From NCBI RefSeq assembly GCF_000143415.4, contig NW_003314362.1:1-64000 (forward strand): a stretch of DNA of 64,000 bases, read 5' to 3'. Source of the DNA: Selaginella moellendorffii. Its lineage: Eukaryota; Plantae; Lycopodiophyta. Below are positions 38,037 through 52,538 of this stretch, in pieces. Each line of letters starts with the position of its first letter. Position 1 is the stretch's first letter. A program made the translations under genes and the position numbers. The notes under the pieces were generated by a model. That model searched no databases. It was not told where the DNA came from and was given only the letters and a program-made list of their open reading frames with translations.

Positions 38037-40847
38037 ATGGCGGCGTGGGTGGATTCCGTGGATGGGCGGACGGAGCGAGCTCTGTCCTTCATCTCTCGGA
38101 GCTTATCGGACGTGCAAAGGAGCGCGGATCAGGACTTCAAGCTGATGAAGGCGCGGGCCAAATCGTTCCGGGATCTGGCCAGCACCCTAGACAAGGAGTG
38201 GGAGAATTTTAGGTTTCCAGTCCCGGGCAGCAGTCGCGATCTCCTGGGGAGATTTAAGGAGAGGCAGCACGCGTCGCCGGCTCCTCTGGCCATTTCTCCG
38301 CTCACAGCCATCTCGGCACAGGTGGAGGACGTGGAATTCATACGGAGGTTGCGGCCCACGCTCTCCACTTTCAGGAGAATCCAGTCGGATCCCAACTTCG
38401 TCAAGCGTGATGACTCCAAGAGGAGCAGGGACAGGATGGATCTGTCCATGCTCAAGAAGGCTCTTGCTCCCTTGGCCAGCGATGGCGATGGCGACGATCC
38501 ATCCACTACTTCCTTGGAGCAGCGCTCCCCTTGGGTCAAGGGCGACAATGCGAGCTGGAGGTGGCGGGAGAGGGGCACAGGCACCAGTGCCAAACGGACG
38601 AGAAAGATGGTGAAGTTGCCAGCCTCAGAGGACTGGGAGCCTCTCAAACGAATGAAAGAAGGACTCAGGGATTTGGAATCGACTGCGGCCAAGAGCAAGA
38701 CGCCCTCCGAGTTCCTCGAGAACGTCAAGAAGACGGAACTGTTTGAGAACGTCAAGAGCAGCCTGGTAAGCCACCTCTCTTCTGGTTCTCAGAGCATAAG
38801 TTTTGCTTTCGTTTGCTCCTTGTTGCAGAAACTCACTCTTCCGAATTCCGATGGTGCGAGAAAACTTACAGAGGTTCGACTCTTTTCTTTCTAGACTTTT
38901 ACTTAGTAGTTCTTAACGAAGGCGCGTCAGGAGCCTGGAAAGGATGTGGCGCCCTTGGACGTTCCCGAGCTGCTGGAGAATCTGGTGAGGCAATCAGAGC
39001 CTTTCCTCGATCAACTCGGCGTGAGAAAAGGTTCGTGTTTCTGTTTTGTGGCATTGACTGTATGATCCTCATGCAGACGTCTCCGTGAGCTTCTGTAAGA
39101 TGCTGCGGCGGTGCAAACGCGCATCCAGCGGCAACGCGGAGCTTGTAGCAACGTCGACAGAGTCAGAACCCAAGGACGACCTGGACTTGAGGGTCGCTAG
39201 TGTTCTGCAGAGCACAGGGTACAGGTACAGAGGTGGAATGTGGAAGGAGGGTACTGAAGCTGCGGATTTGCCAGACGATGGAAGGCGTAAAATCGCAATC
39301 GTGACGACGGCAAGCTTGCCATGGATGACAGGAACCGCTGTTAATCCTTTGTTCCGTGCGGCATACTTAGCCAAGGACGGGATGAGAAATGTGACCTTGC
39401 TCATTCCTTGGCTTTGTAAGAAGGACCAGGCTCTGGTATATCCCAGCCACATGAGCTTCAACACTCCCGAGGAACAGGAATCGTACGTTCGTACTTGGCT
39501 GGAGGAAAGAATTGGATTCAAGGCGGATTTCAAGATTGCATTCTACCCCGGCAGAGTAAGCTTGTATCATAGCGATCGTCTTAATGCTGGTGAATTTGCA
39601 GTTCTCGACGCACAAGCGAAGTATACTGGCTTGCGGTGATATCTCGCAGTTCATACCCGATAAAGAAGCAGACGTCGCGGTTTTGGAGGAGCCGGAGCAT
39701 CTCACGTGGTACTACCACGGGAGAAGATGGAACAAGAAGTTCAAGGACGTGATTGGCGTGGTCCACACCAACTACTTGGAGTACGTTCAACGCGAAAAGA
39801 ACGGTGCCTTGCAAGCGTTTCTACTCAAGCACATCAATAATTGGGTGGTCGGCATCTACTGTAACAAGGTACGCCGTGCTTTTTTTCACTTTGATTCTGC
39901 TTGTAGTGAACCGCGGTGTTTCAGGTATTGCGGCTCTCCGCTGCTACACAAGAGCTGCCGAAATCGCAAGTTTGCAACGTCCACGGCGTGAGTCCCAAGT
40001 TTTTGGAGATTGGGAAGAAGGTGACCGTGGAAACAGACTCTGGCAAGTCTGCCTTCACCAAGGGCGCTTACTTCCTCGGCAAGATGATATGGGGAAAGGG
40101 GTACAGGGAACTTGTTAATTTACTAGCGCAATACAAGCAGGACCTGGCGGACTTGAAGCTGGACGTTTATGGTTCCGGAGAAGATGCGGCCGATGTGAAG
40201 TCGACGGCTCAGAACCTTGGCCTGGGCATAAATTTCCATCAAGGCAGAGACCATGCAGACGAGTCTCTACACAGGTGCTCTCTTTTGGACTTGGATATGG
40301 TTGCTTACTAACGGGTCTCTCTTGCAGCTATAAGGTGTTTATCAATCCAAGCGTGAGCGATGTGGTGTGCACGACGACGGCAGAGGCACTGGCCATGGGA
40401 AAGATCGTTGTTTGCGCCGATCATCCGTCCAACGAGTTCTTCCGGGGCTTCCCAAACTGCCTCACTTACAGCAGCCCCACGGAATTCGTGGAGAAGGTGA
40501 AGGTGGCCATGGCGTCGGAGCCGGTGCCGCTGTCGGCCGAGGAGTGCCATCGCTTGTCGTGGGAGGCTGCAACCGAGAGGTTCCTGGAGATGACAAAGCT
40601 GGACAGAGGAAGCGCGAGTGAGCAGCAGGCAAAGGCTGGAGCAGCGGTGAAGCGGCCAATGACACTGTCCATGTCGCTTCCAAACTTGCGGGATGTTGTC
40701 GATGGCACTCTGGCACTGGCTCACTTCGTAGCTTCGGGATTTGAGCCGGCAAGGCTGGTGTCTGGAGCGATCCCTGGAACGATGCATTGCAGCGTGGAGC
40801 AGAGCAAGGATCTGGGCTTGCCACCTCCATTGTTTCATGGTTTTTAA
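38037..40847 (+). CDS. DGD1: Digalactosyldiacylglycerol synthase 1 (with DGD1-type N-terminal extension)
   Basis: [72 protein letters not shown] and [25 protein letters not shown]. Confidence 0.95.
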
Positions 40848-40928
40848 GTTCGCCATGAAAAGGAGGGCAGCCATGTCACCAAAGAGAATATAAAGTTTGC
40901 CGGAACCTTTAATATTTGCCCTAGAATT

Positions 40929-42575
40929 ATGGGTGAACAGGTTGTGACGCCTTACTCTGTTTCGGCGAGGAATGGCGGCGTTGATTACGCGCGGATCGTC
41001 TCGGATTTTGGATGCAAGCTGATCGATCCACAGCTCATCCAGCGACTGGAGAAGCTGACCAACAAACCCGCCCATCCGTTCTTGCGCCGCGGGATTTTCT
41101 TCGCTCACAGGTATGATCGTTTCGCTAAACCCGAACACCCTTGCAATCCCCTCTCCTCTACCAGGGATCTAGAGTCCATTCTCGATGCGTACGAGCAAGG
41201 CCACAAGTTCTTCTTGTACACGGGGCGTGGACCATCGTCGGAATCCTTACATTTGGGCCACCTTGTGCAATTCATGTTCACAAAGTACGTACTCTACTCT
41301 CTCAAGCTCTAGGAGTGTTTCTAACGATTTCCAAAGGTACTTGCAGGACGCTTTCGATGTCCCTCTGGTGATTCAGCTATCCGATGATGAGAAGTTCATC
41401 TGGAAAGACATAAGCCAGGAAGAGTGCCAAAGACTGGGCCGAAACAATGCCAAGGATATCATTTCTTGCGGATTTCGTTTGGAGCGGACTTTTATATTCT
41501 CTAATTTAGACTATGTCTCTGGGTACGTGGTGCAGTAATCTCGTTTTGATCTTTGCTTATGTCTCCGGCTCCCTACAGTGCCCTGTTCGACAACGTGCTC
41601 ACTATTTCGAGTTTTCTCAGCATCAATGCGGTATGATGATTTCTTTGATCGCTGGAGAATCTTTGCGACGGAGCCTGCAGATGAGTGCTGTTTTTGGATT
41701 GAATGCAGAAACGGATGTCCTCGGGAAGCTTTTGTACCCCGCTGTCCAGGTATTGCTCGCTGCTCTAGTCGACTTTTACTCATGTCATTTGAATGTAACA
41801 TCAGATTGCACCAGCATTCTCGACGTCTTTCAATGATGTGTTTGGAGAGGGAATCAAGATGAGATGTCTAATTCCATGTGCAATTGATCAGGTCTAACTT
41901 TTCATGTCTGTTTACCACTTTTATTCATTCTTTCTTTCTGTGTAGGATCCATACTTCAGGCTCAGTCGGGATTTGGCTCCACGCCTCAAGCTCTACAAGC
42001 CCGCTTTGATAGAGTCCCGGTTTCTACCGAGCATCCAAGTGAGCTATCGTTTTTCCTTGTTTTACTTCTTTCTTATGCTGTTGCCTCACCCAGGCGGGTG
42101 ACGATTCTGGCAAAATGTCTGCAAGTTCTCCCAACTCAGCAATCTTTGTCACCGATACGCTGGAGGAGATCAAGCAAAAGGTTAAGCAAAACTCCTTTAT
42201 TTTGCGTGTTCTTTTCTCCAATACTGTCGTTTCAGTTGGCTGGTGCTGCCGTGGAGTCTGTGCTCGCGTACTTCACCTTTTTCGAGGAGAACGATGCCGT
42301 TCTTGAAGAAATGAAAGCGGTAATGTACTTAAAACATGCTTTGTTCGTATATTAATCAAGGCTCTCACAGGACTTCTCGTCAGGAAAGAGATCTCTGGAA
42401 GACCTGAAAAACGACCTCAGCAAGGCTCTGTGGGAAGTGCTGGAGAATCTCCAGCAACTAAAAGCGGAAGTTGACGACAAGGTAGCAAGAGTGGCTTGAA
42501 AAATGGGTTGATTTTTCTTGCATGTTTTTCTTTCAGATACTCTCGGAATTCATGAGACCAAGATTGATACGATGA
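40929..42575 (+). CDS. Cytosolic-type tryptophanyl-tRNA synthetase paralog, atypical C-terminal domain
   Basis: [53 protein letters not shown] and [12 protein letters not shown] are present, but the segment INxYAFSGG...HR is absent. Confidence 0.88.
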
Positions 42576-43029
42576 CAAAATCAGATCTAAAATGCTAATT
42601 TGAAAATATTGAAAAGATTAAAAGGTTTCAAAAGTACAATATGAGAGAGAAATGTGAGGAAACCGAGAAAATACCCTATCATCGCTCCCATTTGCATCAT
42701 CAAGTCGACAAGCTCCGATGGCGATGCCCTCGGAAATCACAGCTCCATCGATGTGCCGAATCGAATGGCGAGAGCAGCGAAACACAATAGTCTGTGTCCC
42801 AAGCCTCGTCAGCTAAACCATTTTCAAGGTTTTCGAACAACGATTGGGTCCTTGAAATTGCTAAACTTCATAAGAATCTGAGAGGCAGACGAGAATATAG
42901 CTTTAACTCGTTTCAAAACATCTCACAAAGACTGTCATCCTGTGCCTCCTAGAAACAAAAACTTTTAGATGTGTCGATCGCATCAAACTAAAGAGCTCGC
43001 CAGTGTCTTATTTTGATGCGAGGCATTTT

Positions 43030-44420
43030 CTGTTCCAAAAGTTATAATGTGAATTACGTTTAATAAACCACGAAAAAAAAGAAACTTACAAATGAAACTT
43101 GTGGCTTAATTATAAACTAATATTATAAACCATGTAAATAATCAATCTCTTTAACTAATCAAATGAAACCCACTTTAAAATAATTTATTGAGAATTTGCC
43201 ACTTTAAATTAATTACAATTATATTTTTAAAATTTTAGTTGTCAATTTTAATTTTGTTTACACTTATTATATTACAAATTTGTCAATATATTTGTTAATA
43301 TGTTAGAGTCAGCACCTATGGAATGTGAATAGTGGGTTTGGATATTAATTTTATAACAATACTTGATAACATTGAAAATAATATATTTTGTTCTTTTGCA
43401 CATTTATTATAAATGTAACATTTATTGATATAACAATTAAAAATTAATTTAACCACCCAACAAAGAATTAGAGCTTAAAGCCATAAAAATGGAAATTCTT
43501 GGTGATGTGGGCAGACATTTTGTCATGGAGTTCATTCCCTGAATATTTTATGTGAGCGTATTTTATGTTAATTGAAAATGCAATACTACTAGCTTTTAAA
43601 TTTTATAGTTTTTCTAAAACTTTTAGGGTTTTATAAATTATTAAAAGTCAACTTAATTAATTTTAATCAAATTTAAAAAGTTTTTATTTAACTTGAGCTC
43701 CAAAAAATTGCTTAAATTCAAAATGAATAGTGAGATAAATTTTAAATCTAAATATTCTTAAATAATTTTTCCTTTCATCTCCTCAATTATTAAAGAATTT
43801 AATTTTGTTACTTTTACTTTAGTCTACCACTTTATAATTGATTTTTATAATTAATAATTTATTCACTTGGTCAAGGAATTGAATATACACCTTGAGTTTA
43901 AAATGAAAGTTTATCATTAATTAATTATTATAACTATAACATAGAAATTTAAACAAAATATAAATAAATAAAAGTAGAGATATTTGTATTTGTATATTAT
44001 AGTACTTGATTATACTTATACTAAATTTGTGTGGTGAGAAATAATCATTAAATTTAATACTTGTATCTTATAAAAAATTTACAATAGCTATTAATTATTT
44101 AAATTTAAAATATAGAAAAAAGTTAACTAAACAAAAAACATTAGAATTATTTAAATTAAAATTATTTTTAAAACAGTACGCTGTTATTAATTAATTATAA
44201 CTGATACATAAAATAAAAGGATTAATTTTGAAGTGTTATAATATAAAATCTTAATTTTTTATCACCCACAAGAAAGAAAACATAACAAATATTTATTTTA
44301 TAAATATATTATATAATAGTTTTTAATTTATACAAACCCTAAAAATTACTTTATGTTTTTAAGTTAATAAACTGATTTATAATCACAGCCTATTATATTA
44401 TTATTTTAAGGTATATATTT
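43030..44420. other. ~1.4 kb extremely AT-rich island, probable non-autonomous transposon remnant
   Basis: Abrupt composition shift with no ORF of 60 aa or more. It has an imperfect inverted repeat 43621-43640 / 44324-44344 and internal ATTAATTAATTAT(TAT)AACT repeats. Confidence 0.5.
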
Positions 44421-45977
44421 GTGGCTGGATGGGAGTATGTTAGTAAATGGGCTGCTAGCAACAAGGCGCTCAATGCCGTGGCTCCAACTTCAGGTGGAAC
44501 ATGGTGTGTTGCTCACAAATTTGATTAGGGGCATACTACCCTCTACCGGTGAGGCTCCCAGATGACGAACGACCAAGCGAAGATATCAACAAGTCTATGC
44601 GCCCTTGCCAACACGGTGCATGCGTCCAGCACCCTTCCAGGCCTTCGCCCGCCTGCTTGGTTGATTTCCCTGGCCGGCTCGTCTATGACGCCAAGTCGCC
44701 CTTGATCGAGAGCAGCCGCGAGCGGAGCAACGCGTGGCTTGACTTTGGCATGGCTGCTCTCGCCTTTCCACCATTCGACGGGCGCCCGGAGAGACTCCTA
44801 CCCGGGGATCCCTCATCGACGAAGAGTCCGTTTTGTTCGAGCTCCATTGCGAGGGCCCGTTCATCCATCCAAGAGAGGCGAGCCATGCTGCGTGATAGGA
44901 TACTCGAAACGAAGGCTTATGCGCAGGGAGAGTACGAGCAAGCGCTGATAGATGGCTTTGCAAGGTACTACTGGAGGCTGATTGTGTTCAACAAACCTTC
45001 TTTTTTTTTTTCCCTATCGCAGCGTGAACGAGTACCTTAAGCAGGGGACACCAATGAGGCAATGGTTGGTAAACTAGAGCTGGTTAATAAACTCCTCGCT
45101 GCTTAATTATCTGGTTACAGGCTGGGATGCTGCGCTTTGGTTGTGGAGCTTTTTCAACAGTGCTACTGATGAAGCGGAATGTCATCTACACCGCTGGTGT
45201 TCGTAGCCGCTGCGTTGTCTACTCACCCACCCATGAGCAAGTCTGTACGTGTTTCTTCCTTTTCTGTGTCTAAACATGTTGTGCCGTTGTCAGGAGAATC
45301 GTAAGTTTTCCACAATTGTGCCGCGCGATTACTGCAATCCTCATAATCATCCAGAGGCGGGGACATGGTGGTAATCACCGAGACAAGTATCTCCAGTCTC
45401 CAGCCATTGAGACGCACACGGCAAGTGTGCTAAACTCATCCCTGTTCTGGTGTGATAACTCTTATTTCCTGCAGTTTGAAGTAAGCATTGGATCTTATGT
45501 CATGCTGCTGCCCAGATATCTACAATAAGCGAGCTACTGATCAAGTATTTGACGGTCTTTTTCTTTTCTTTTTTTTCTGCAGTGGTCCAGAGGAGATGGG
45601 CATGCTGTATGGGGGACTGAAACTGGTACGTTTTCGTTTTTACACAGAGCTTGATTATAAAGCATGCTGATGATGCAGGGCAAGGACTTGCGAGAGATCT
45701 GTATGAGCATTCTCCTTTACCGCGGGATGAACTGCGAGGATGTGACTACACCGCTCGCTCTTGGCAAAGTCAAGGCTGGAAACCAGTAGAGTTACTTATT
45801 TTCATGAAGAAGCTATCATCTGTTGAATATTTCGCTTCTTCCAAAAGATTTCTTATCGAAAGAAATCTTGCATAATCGTATATGCTGCCCACAGCATACG
45901 ACTCTTCTATGGATAAAGTCACAGATTCCTTCTATAATCTATAGCATTTTTAGTGCTTTGACTGTAGCGGCGTGAAG

Positions 45978-46598
45978 CTATTGAGAGCCCCAAAGTGCAA
46001 CAAGGGGCTTGGTTTCACTCTGATCATCAGTATTTGCGAGGACTTCTACCTCCTGTCCATTTCTCTCAGGTGCCAATCTGATTTGGAATTTCGACACGAC
46101 ACGAACCAAATGCTGCTTTTTGGTGTGAGGAAGAACGAATTCTAGGGGATTTACGTTCTTACCCGGATCCTCGCTCTTATGGAGCGAATCATGGTTTCTA
46201 AAGAGCAACTTGCAGGAAAGAAACCTGTTCACCTTGCTGTTGGTCGTGTGCTTGAGGATCTCCTGATCCGAGTCTATCCCCACCTGGACGAGCTCTTGCT
46301 CCACAAACTGCCGCATGCTCTTGGGGTTCACTTCGGTGGCTCTCCTGTACTCACACAATCGCCGGTAGAGCATCTCGGTCGTGCGCCGCAGGCACCGACA
46401 CTAGCTGATAAACTCCTGGTGGAGGTCCAGCGGGGAGTCCGAGGATCTCGAGAGGAGCATAAGAGTACGTGAGGTCCTCTCCCTTGTCAATGCCCACATT
46501 GGCCCAGAAGATCTTGGCGGGTCCAACTTGCACCACGCATAAGTTCCCCTTGCTGCTGTATGCGATGAACCCCGGCAGCGTTCACAAGGCCCTGACAA
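45978..46598 (-). pseudogene. Unidentified ORF interrupted by one in-frame stop
   Basis: ORFs 46401-46598 and 45978-46373 share a frame and are separated by a single TAG. I recognise no family. Confidence 0.3.
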
Positions 46599-47204
46599 AG
46601 CCCAGCTTTGCAGCGTTCAAATTATGATTATGAATTACGTTTCTTGTGATCTACAGGGGTAAATTGAGTAAATGGAGAAATTGAGTAATATACGCAAACC
46701 ATAATAATAATTGCAAACTAATTTAATTAAAAATTAGAGGACACACCAGGAATTTAATGCTCGAGTCGAACATGTAGAATCGAGCATGGGCCCGGTGGCA
46801 ATGGTAGAGGAGACTGGAGGTATGTTGTTGAAAGTTGCTTGTCGGCCATGAAACTTTCTGGTAGCACTTGGATGGCTTGTGCAGCCGTGCATGCAGGATT
46901 GGTCTCAGCCCATGCTCGAGCTTTGCAAGCCCAGCGTGCGTCAATTGGTTGCTAGGCATCCTGTTGTGACGAGGGTCCGGTGCACGCAGCCCACAGTCGC
47001 CCATGGCGTTGTTTTATGCAGCCCGCGTTGTGCTCTGCTTGTTTCTGGACGTTGTTGGATCCAGTTTTCAACTTTTCTTTCAAGCTTCTGCAGAGTGAAG
47101 CTTCTTCCACATCACTCCAACAAGGTCCTAAATGTATTTTACATAAAAGGATAACACACAACAAAAAAGAGGGCGTTTGAATTCTTTCTTTGCCCTAGGC
47201 GACA

Positions 47205-49112
47205 ATGGAGCAGCTGGAAGGTGGAGCGATGGTGGATGACGGCCTCGCGCAGCTTGTTGAGCAGCTTAACCGGCATTGCCTTGCCCCCGACGGATCTTAT
47301 GTCGCCAAAGCTGCGTACTACGATCTCGTCCAGGTACTCTGCTGCTTAGCTAGGTCGATGAGATTGAGCGCCAATCCAAGTCTTCGTTAGGCGCGTGAGG
47401 AGATGGGGCGGGAGAGGCTTCGTTTCCTAGAAGTGATGGTCGGTGGTTCGTTTCATTCTTTTCGGAGTGCTCTTAAACCACTGGCGCTGTTGTTATAGGC
47501 GGCTTACAGCGAAGCAGTGACACTTGTGGAAGAATTCCAGCAGGCTATCTCAGTGGCAAATGCAGGTGGAATCAGGGATGTTCAGGCATTGTTCTTGCAG
47601 CTCGGACTACGCTCTACTCCACAGGTAGTGAAGAGCTTTTCAAGTTTAGTTTCTAGACTTTTTTCTTTAGCTGTTCTTTCTCCCGTCAAGGTGTATGAAG
47701 CCCTGGAGGAGCGTCTGGCTGTGGCCGAAGCTTGCCAGCGCTTGCGGCTCCCTTCCGTAACGAAAGATGGCGACATACTAGACGAGGAAGCGGAGAAGTG
47801 CAGCATTGTGTCGAAAAGCTCGCTGGACAGCAGCACCACCAGCATCAGCATGAGCTCCAGCAACACCAGCACTCCCAATCCCAGCCACGATGTTAATGAA
47901 GTTGGAGTTTCCGGTGTTGTCAACCGCTTCCTAGGAATAACTCCTGCGTGGCTTCGTCAGACACATCTATCAAAGGCCCCTTTTGCTGAGGTTAGTGCCA
48001 TCTCAATGGCCTTTTTCTCACGAGATTGTCTTGCCAGGACAGCACAGGCTACCTTATGCTGCTGATTCCGGAAATTGAATCACGGCTAAAAGCCAAGTGT
48101 GAGAAAATCAGCTCTTCCTTTCAAGAGAATGGTCAGTACTTTGAGTCGTGGCTTTCAGTATTCAGCTCTAACTTACTTTTGTCGTAGATGGCTTTGGTTC
48201 TCATGGTACAAAGAGCTATAGACTTGCTGAAAGGTCAGTAAAGATATTCGAGGTCATTTCCTATCAGGTGTTTCTTCCAGGGTTAAAGCAGCTGTAGAAT
48301 CCAACGAGAGCGAAGAGGCGGCTTTACTTAGCGATCTCTACTCTGCGGACCGAAAGTTTTCAGAATACTACAATGTACGTTTCTTTAAATTTTTGTCCTT
48401 GAAGAGCGAAGCTTGATCAGCCATATCCCAGGTTCTTGAGCAGATATTGGGAGTACTGATAAAGCTGGTCAAGGACTATAAGCTGCAGCACCAGCATGAA
48501 TATGTAAGTGTTCGAAACAATCGCGGGCATATAGATCGATTACTTGTCAAACTGGCAGGACGAGATGAGAAAAGCTTGGCTGTGTAAGCGTTGCGAGACA
48601 ATGAATGCGAAGCTGCGGTATACGTTTCCTATATTACTAATGCATGATTCCGTTATCTTTTCCTTTTTCTAGTGTGCTGGAACACCTTGTTCTCAGAGAC
48701 ACGTATACGGAAGAATCAATCGCAGCGTTGCACAAGATCAGGTGTGCGCTTTTAAATATTTACTGGCGTGGCGGGCTGCTCACTTCATGGTTGGCTGCAG
48801 GAATTATTTGCTGGAAGCAGACGACGAAGCCACTGCCGGATATAATAGAGCCGTAAGTATCGGGACCAATCTCACGGAAGCTCGTCGCTTACCAGTCGTG
48901 GTATTCGCAGGTGACGAGGTTGCGCGAGTACCAAGGCGTGGATCAGTACTTTGATGACATTGCCAGGCGGTATCACGACGTTGTTAAGGTGAGAGCAAAA
49001 TCGTGGGCAGCCTTTGATATGTTGGGTGGTGACAAACTTACAGAAACTGGAGGGAATTCAGTGGACAATAAGACAGGTGGAGATGGACCTCAATAATGGA
49101 CACGAGCATTAG
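47205..49112 (+). CDS. AUG4: AUGMIN subunit 4, multi-exon
   Basis: QLNRHCLAPDGS..YYDLVQAREEMGRERLRFLEVM..GGIRDVQ..VYEALEERLAVAEACQRLRLP..NRFLGITPAWL..DLYSADRKFSEYYN..WLCKRCETMNAKL..LREYQGVD..QWTIRQVEMDL. Confidence 0.92.
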
Positions 49113-49578
49113 TTTGGCTGGAACTGGGGAACAGCTCAGTAGATACTTTCGAGGCTCGAAAAGGCAGGCACAGGGAATGGTGAAAGTGGTGGTGGTGCCA
49201 TGCGTGGAACTCGCTGGTGTTAGTTTGGTTTCTAGTGGCAGGGAAGACGAGCAAGCTACAGCAACGGAAACAGACTTGTTGGTTGGATGTATCCACCGTT
49301 TTGCGCTCTGCTAGATTCAATGGACTTGGTCAGTGCGGCACGAATTGAATAGGTGGGGGATCTCCGAAACGCTTGCGTCCAATGGCAAAAGAAATCTCCT
49401 TGAAACGAGGATGTGGCGCAAGCAAGTACGTCTCCGAAATTAGCAGGCTCCGCCATTTGTGGAAGGCGGCCAGGCTTGACTGGCCATAGGCGGTGGCCGC
49501 CGTCGCCAACTCCCGCGCGTTACCGGTTGGACCCCGTCCCGCCAAATGCCGACCACCACACTTTGGAACAAGGCTGCC

Positions 49579-49585
49579 TATAAAA
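49579..49585 (+). promoter_or_regulatory. TATA box of cysteine protease gene
   Basis: CCTATAAAACC lies ~80 bp upstream of the ATG at 49662. Confidence 0.6.
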
Positions 49586-49661
49586 CCACATCTCCCTTGG
49601 TTGGAAACTTGGATCCTTGGCTTACAAAGGGAGGGAGGAGAAGAATCGAGCGAGCAGAAGA

Positions 49662-50933
<1,272 letters not shown>

Positions 50934-51134
50934 GAGAAAAAGCTACGACACACGGCCAATCGTCAAGTTGTTTGTACAGATCGATCATTCGTTTCATTCG
51001 TCCGGGTCGTATTCCAGGATTCATTTCGCCAGAAAACGTACTCTTCAATCTCTCTTTCTTTCGTTTGTAAGCATATCTATATATCGCTAGTGTAAGAAAA
51101 AAAAAAAGACAAACAAAACTTCAACTTCACTGGA

Positions 51135-52219
51135 TCAGCAAGAAAGAATTTGGAGCCCGTCATCCTGGACAATTTTGTCAATGAGACAGCTCGCGAAGGT
51201 ATCGGCATTTCTCAGCTCGAGGTGTGGTAGTGGTGTCTTAAACTCGTAGTCGGATTCCATCTTCGAGTAAGTCCCGCAAATCGCAACATCCTCCCTCCAC
51301 AGCCCGTCGTATCTACACCTGGAGGTTGTGTAATAGAACACACCCTTGCCATGCTTCTTGTCGTTGGAAAAACACCCCTCATACACATCGCCATTCACTG
51401 CAAGATCAAACCAAATCAAGTTTTTTCCAAGAACACTTGCCTAAGCTTTTGCTCACCCACTGTCAGTGTTCCCGTGCCTTCGCGCTTGTCATCCCGCCAC
51501 TGGCCAACGTAGACGTGATATCTCCCACTTTGGGGGCAATAGTACGTCTGTCGGCCATAGCCACTGCGAACGCCGCGCTCAAAGTCGCCTTCGTACACTT
51601 CGCCATAAGCGCAGTGAAGGTAGCCAGGCCCCTGCCAGTACATCCATCGTCTTGTGAGCTATCCTCACTTGTCGTCCATCCCAGTAGCAGCGAAAGAGAA
51701 CTTACGTGCAAGTTCCCCGATTTCCAGTAGCCTTTGTAGACAACTCTGTACTTTCCATCTTCCCGGATGTAGAAAGTACCATATCCTTCTCTTCGATCTT
51801 TCTTCCAGTCGCCCTCGTACCGATTGCCCGTGCAATAGCTTTGGATGCCACTCCCTGCACAAAAGCCACCATGGAAATGGTTGAGCTCGAGTTTGAGAGG
51901 AGCTCGATCGAGTACCTTCTTTCTTGTTGAGCCTCCAGTTCCCACGGTAGAGGTCCTGTGTGATCCAGTAGACATCGTGGTGGAATCCATTCTTGTTGGC
52001 CCGCAAGTCATTGATCCTCCACGCGCTCTTCTTCTGCTTTTCCAGTTGCTGCTCGCGCTCCTTGAATTTCCTGCGGTACCAGTGCTCGGGCTTCTTCCTG
52101 GCGACCGGCTGAGGCTGGTGCTGCAAGCGTGCCAGTGCCAGAGGAACCTCCTTGGTCGTAAACATCACGGAGCGCCTCTCCTTGATATACGCGATCTTCG
52201 CTCCCCTCCTCCGATCCAT
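51135..52219 (-). CDS. MORN-repeat protein (MORN3-like), spliced
   Basis: Repeated YxGxWxxxKxxGxG motifs (YRGNWRLNKKEG, YEGDWKKDRREGYG, YEGDFERGVRSGYG, YEGCFSNDKKHGKG). The C-terminal YDGLWREDVAICG..PLPHLEL resembles MORN3. Confidence 0.8.
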
Positions 52220-52538
52220 CCTTGCTGCTCCTCCTCCCTCCTCCTTTCTTTCTTAAAGCTTTGAATTTGCTGTGGCGCGCGGCGCGGGTATATACACACG
52301 AATATTCACTCGTTCTGTTGTAAGTAGTAGTGCGTGGCTTGCTCCACAAAAAATAAGTTCAAAGCCCTGTTTTGATCGTATGGAGTCAGTCGTGACAAAA
52401 AAAAAAAAAAAAAAAAAACACCAACAAGCTCTCTCCTCTATTTTCAACCAGGTCACTCTCACCTTTCGCTAAAAAGTCTCGCTGGAACTCAGAGTCTATG
52501 TACGAGTTAGAAGTCAGCAACACGGACCCTCGTTCTCT

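Noticed and set aside
40308-41138. 276-aa minus-strand ORF
   Set aside because: Antisense to the DGD1 and TrpRS exons.
52397-52418. A22 tract as a retroposon tail
   Set aside because: No target-site duplication or SINE/LINE body is visible, so it is likely a simple homopolymer.
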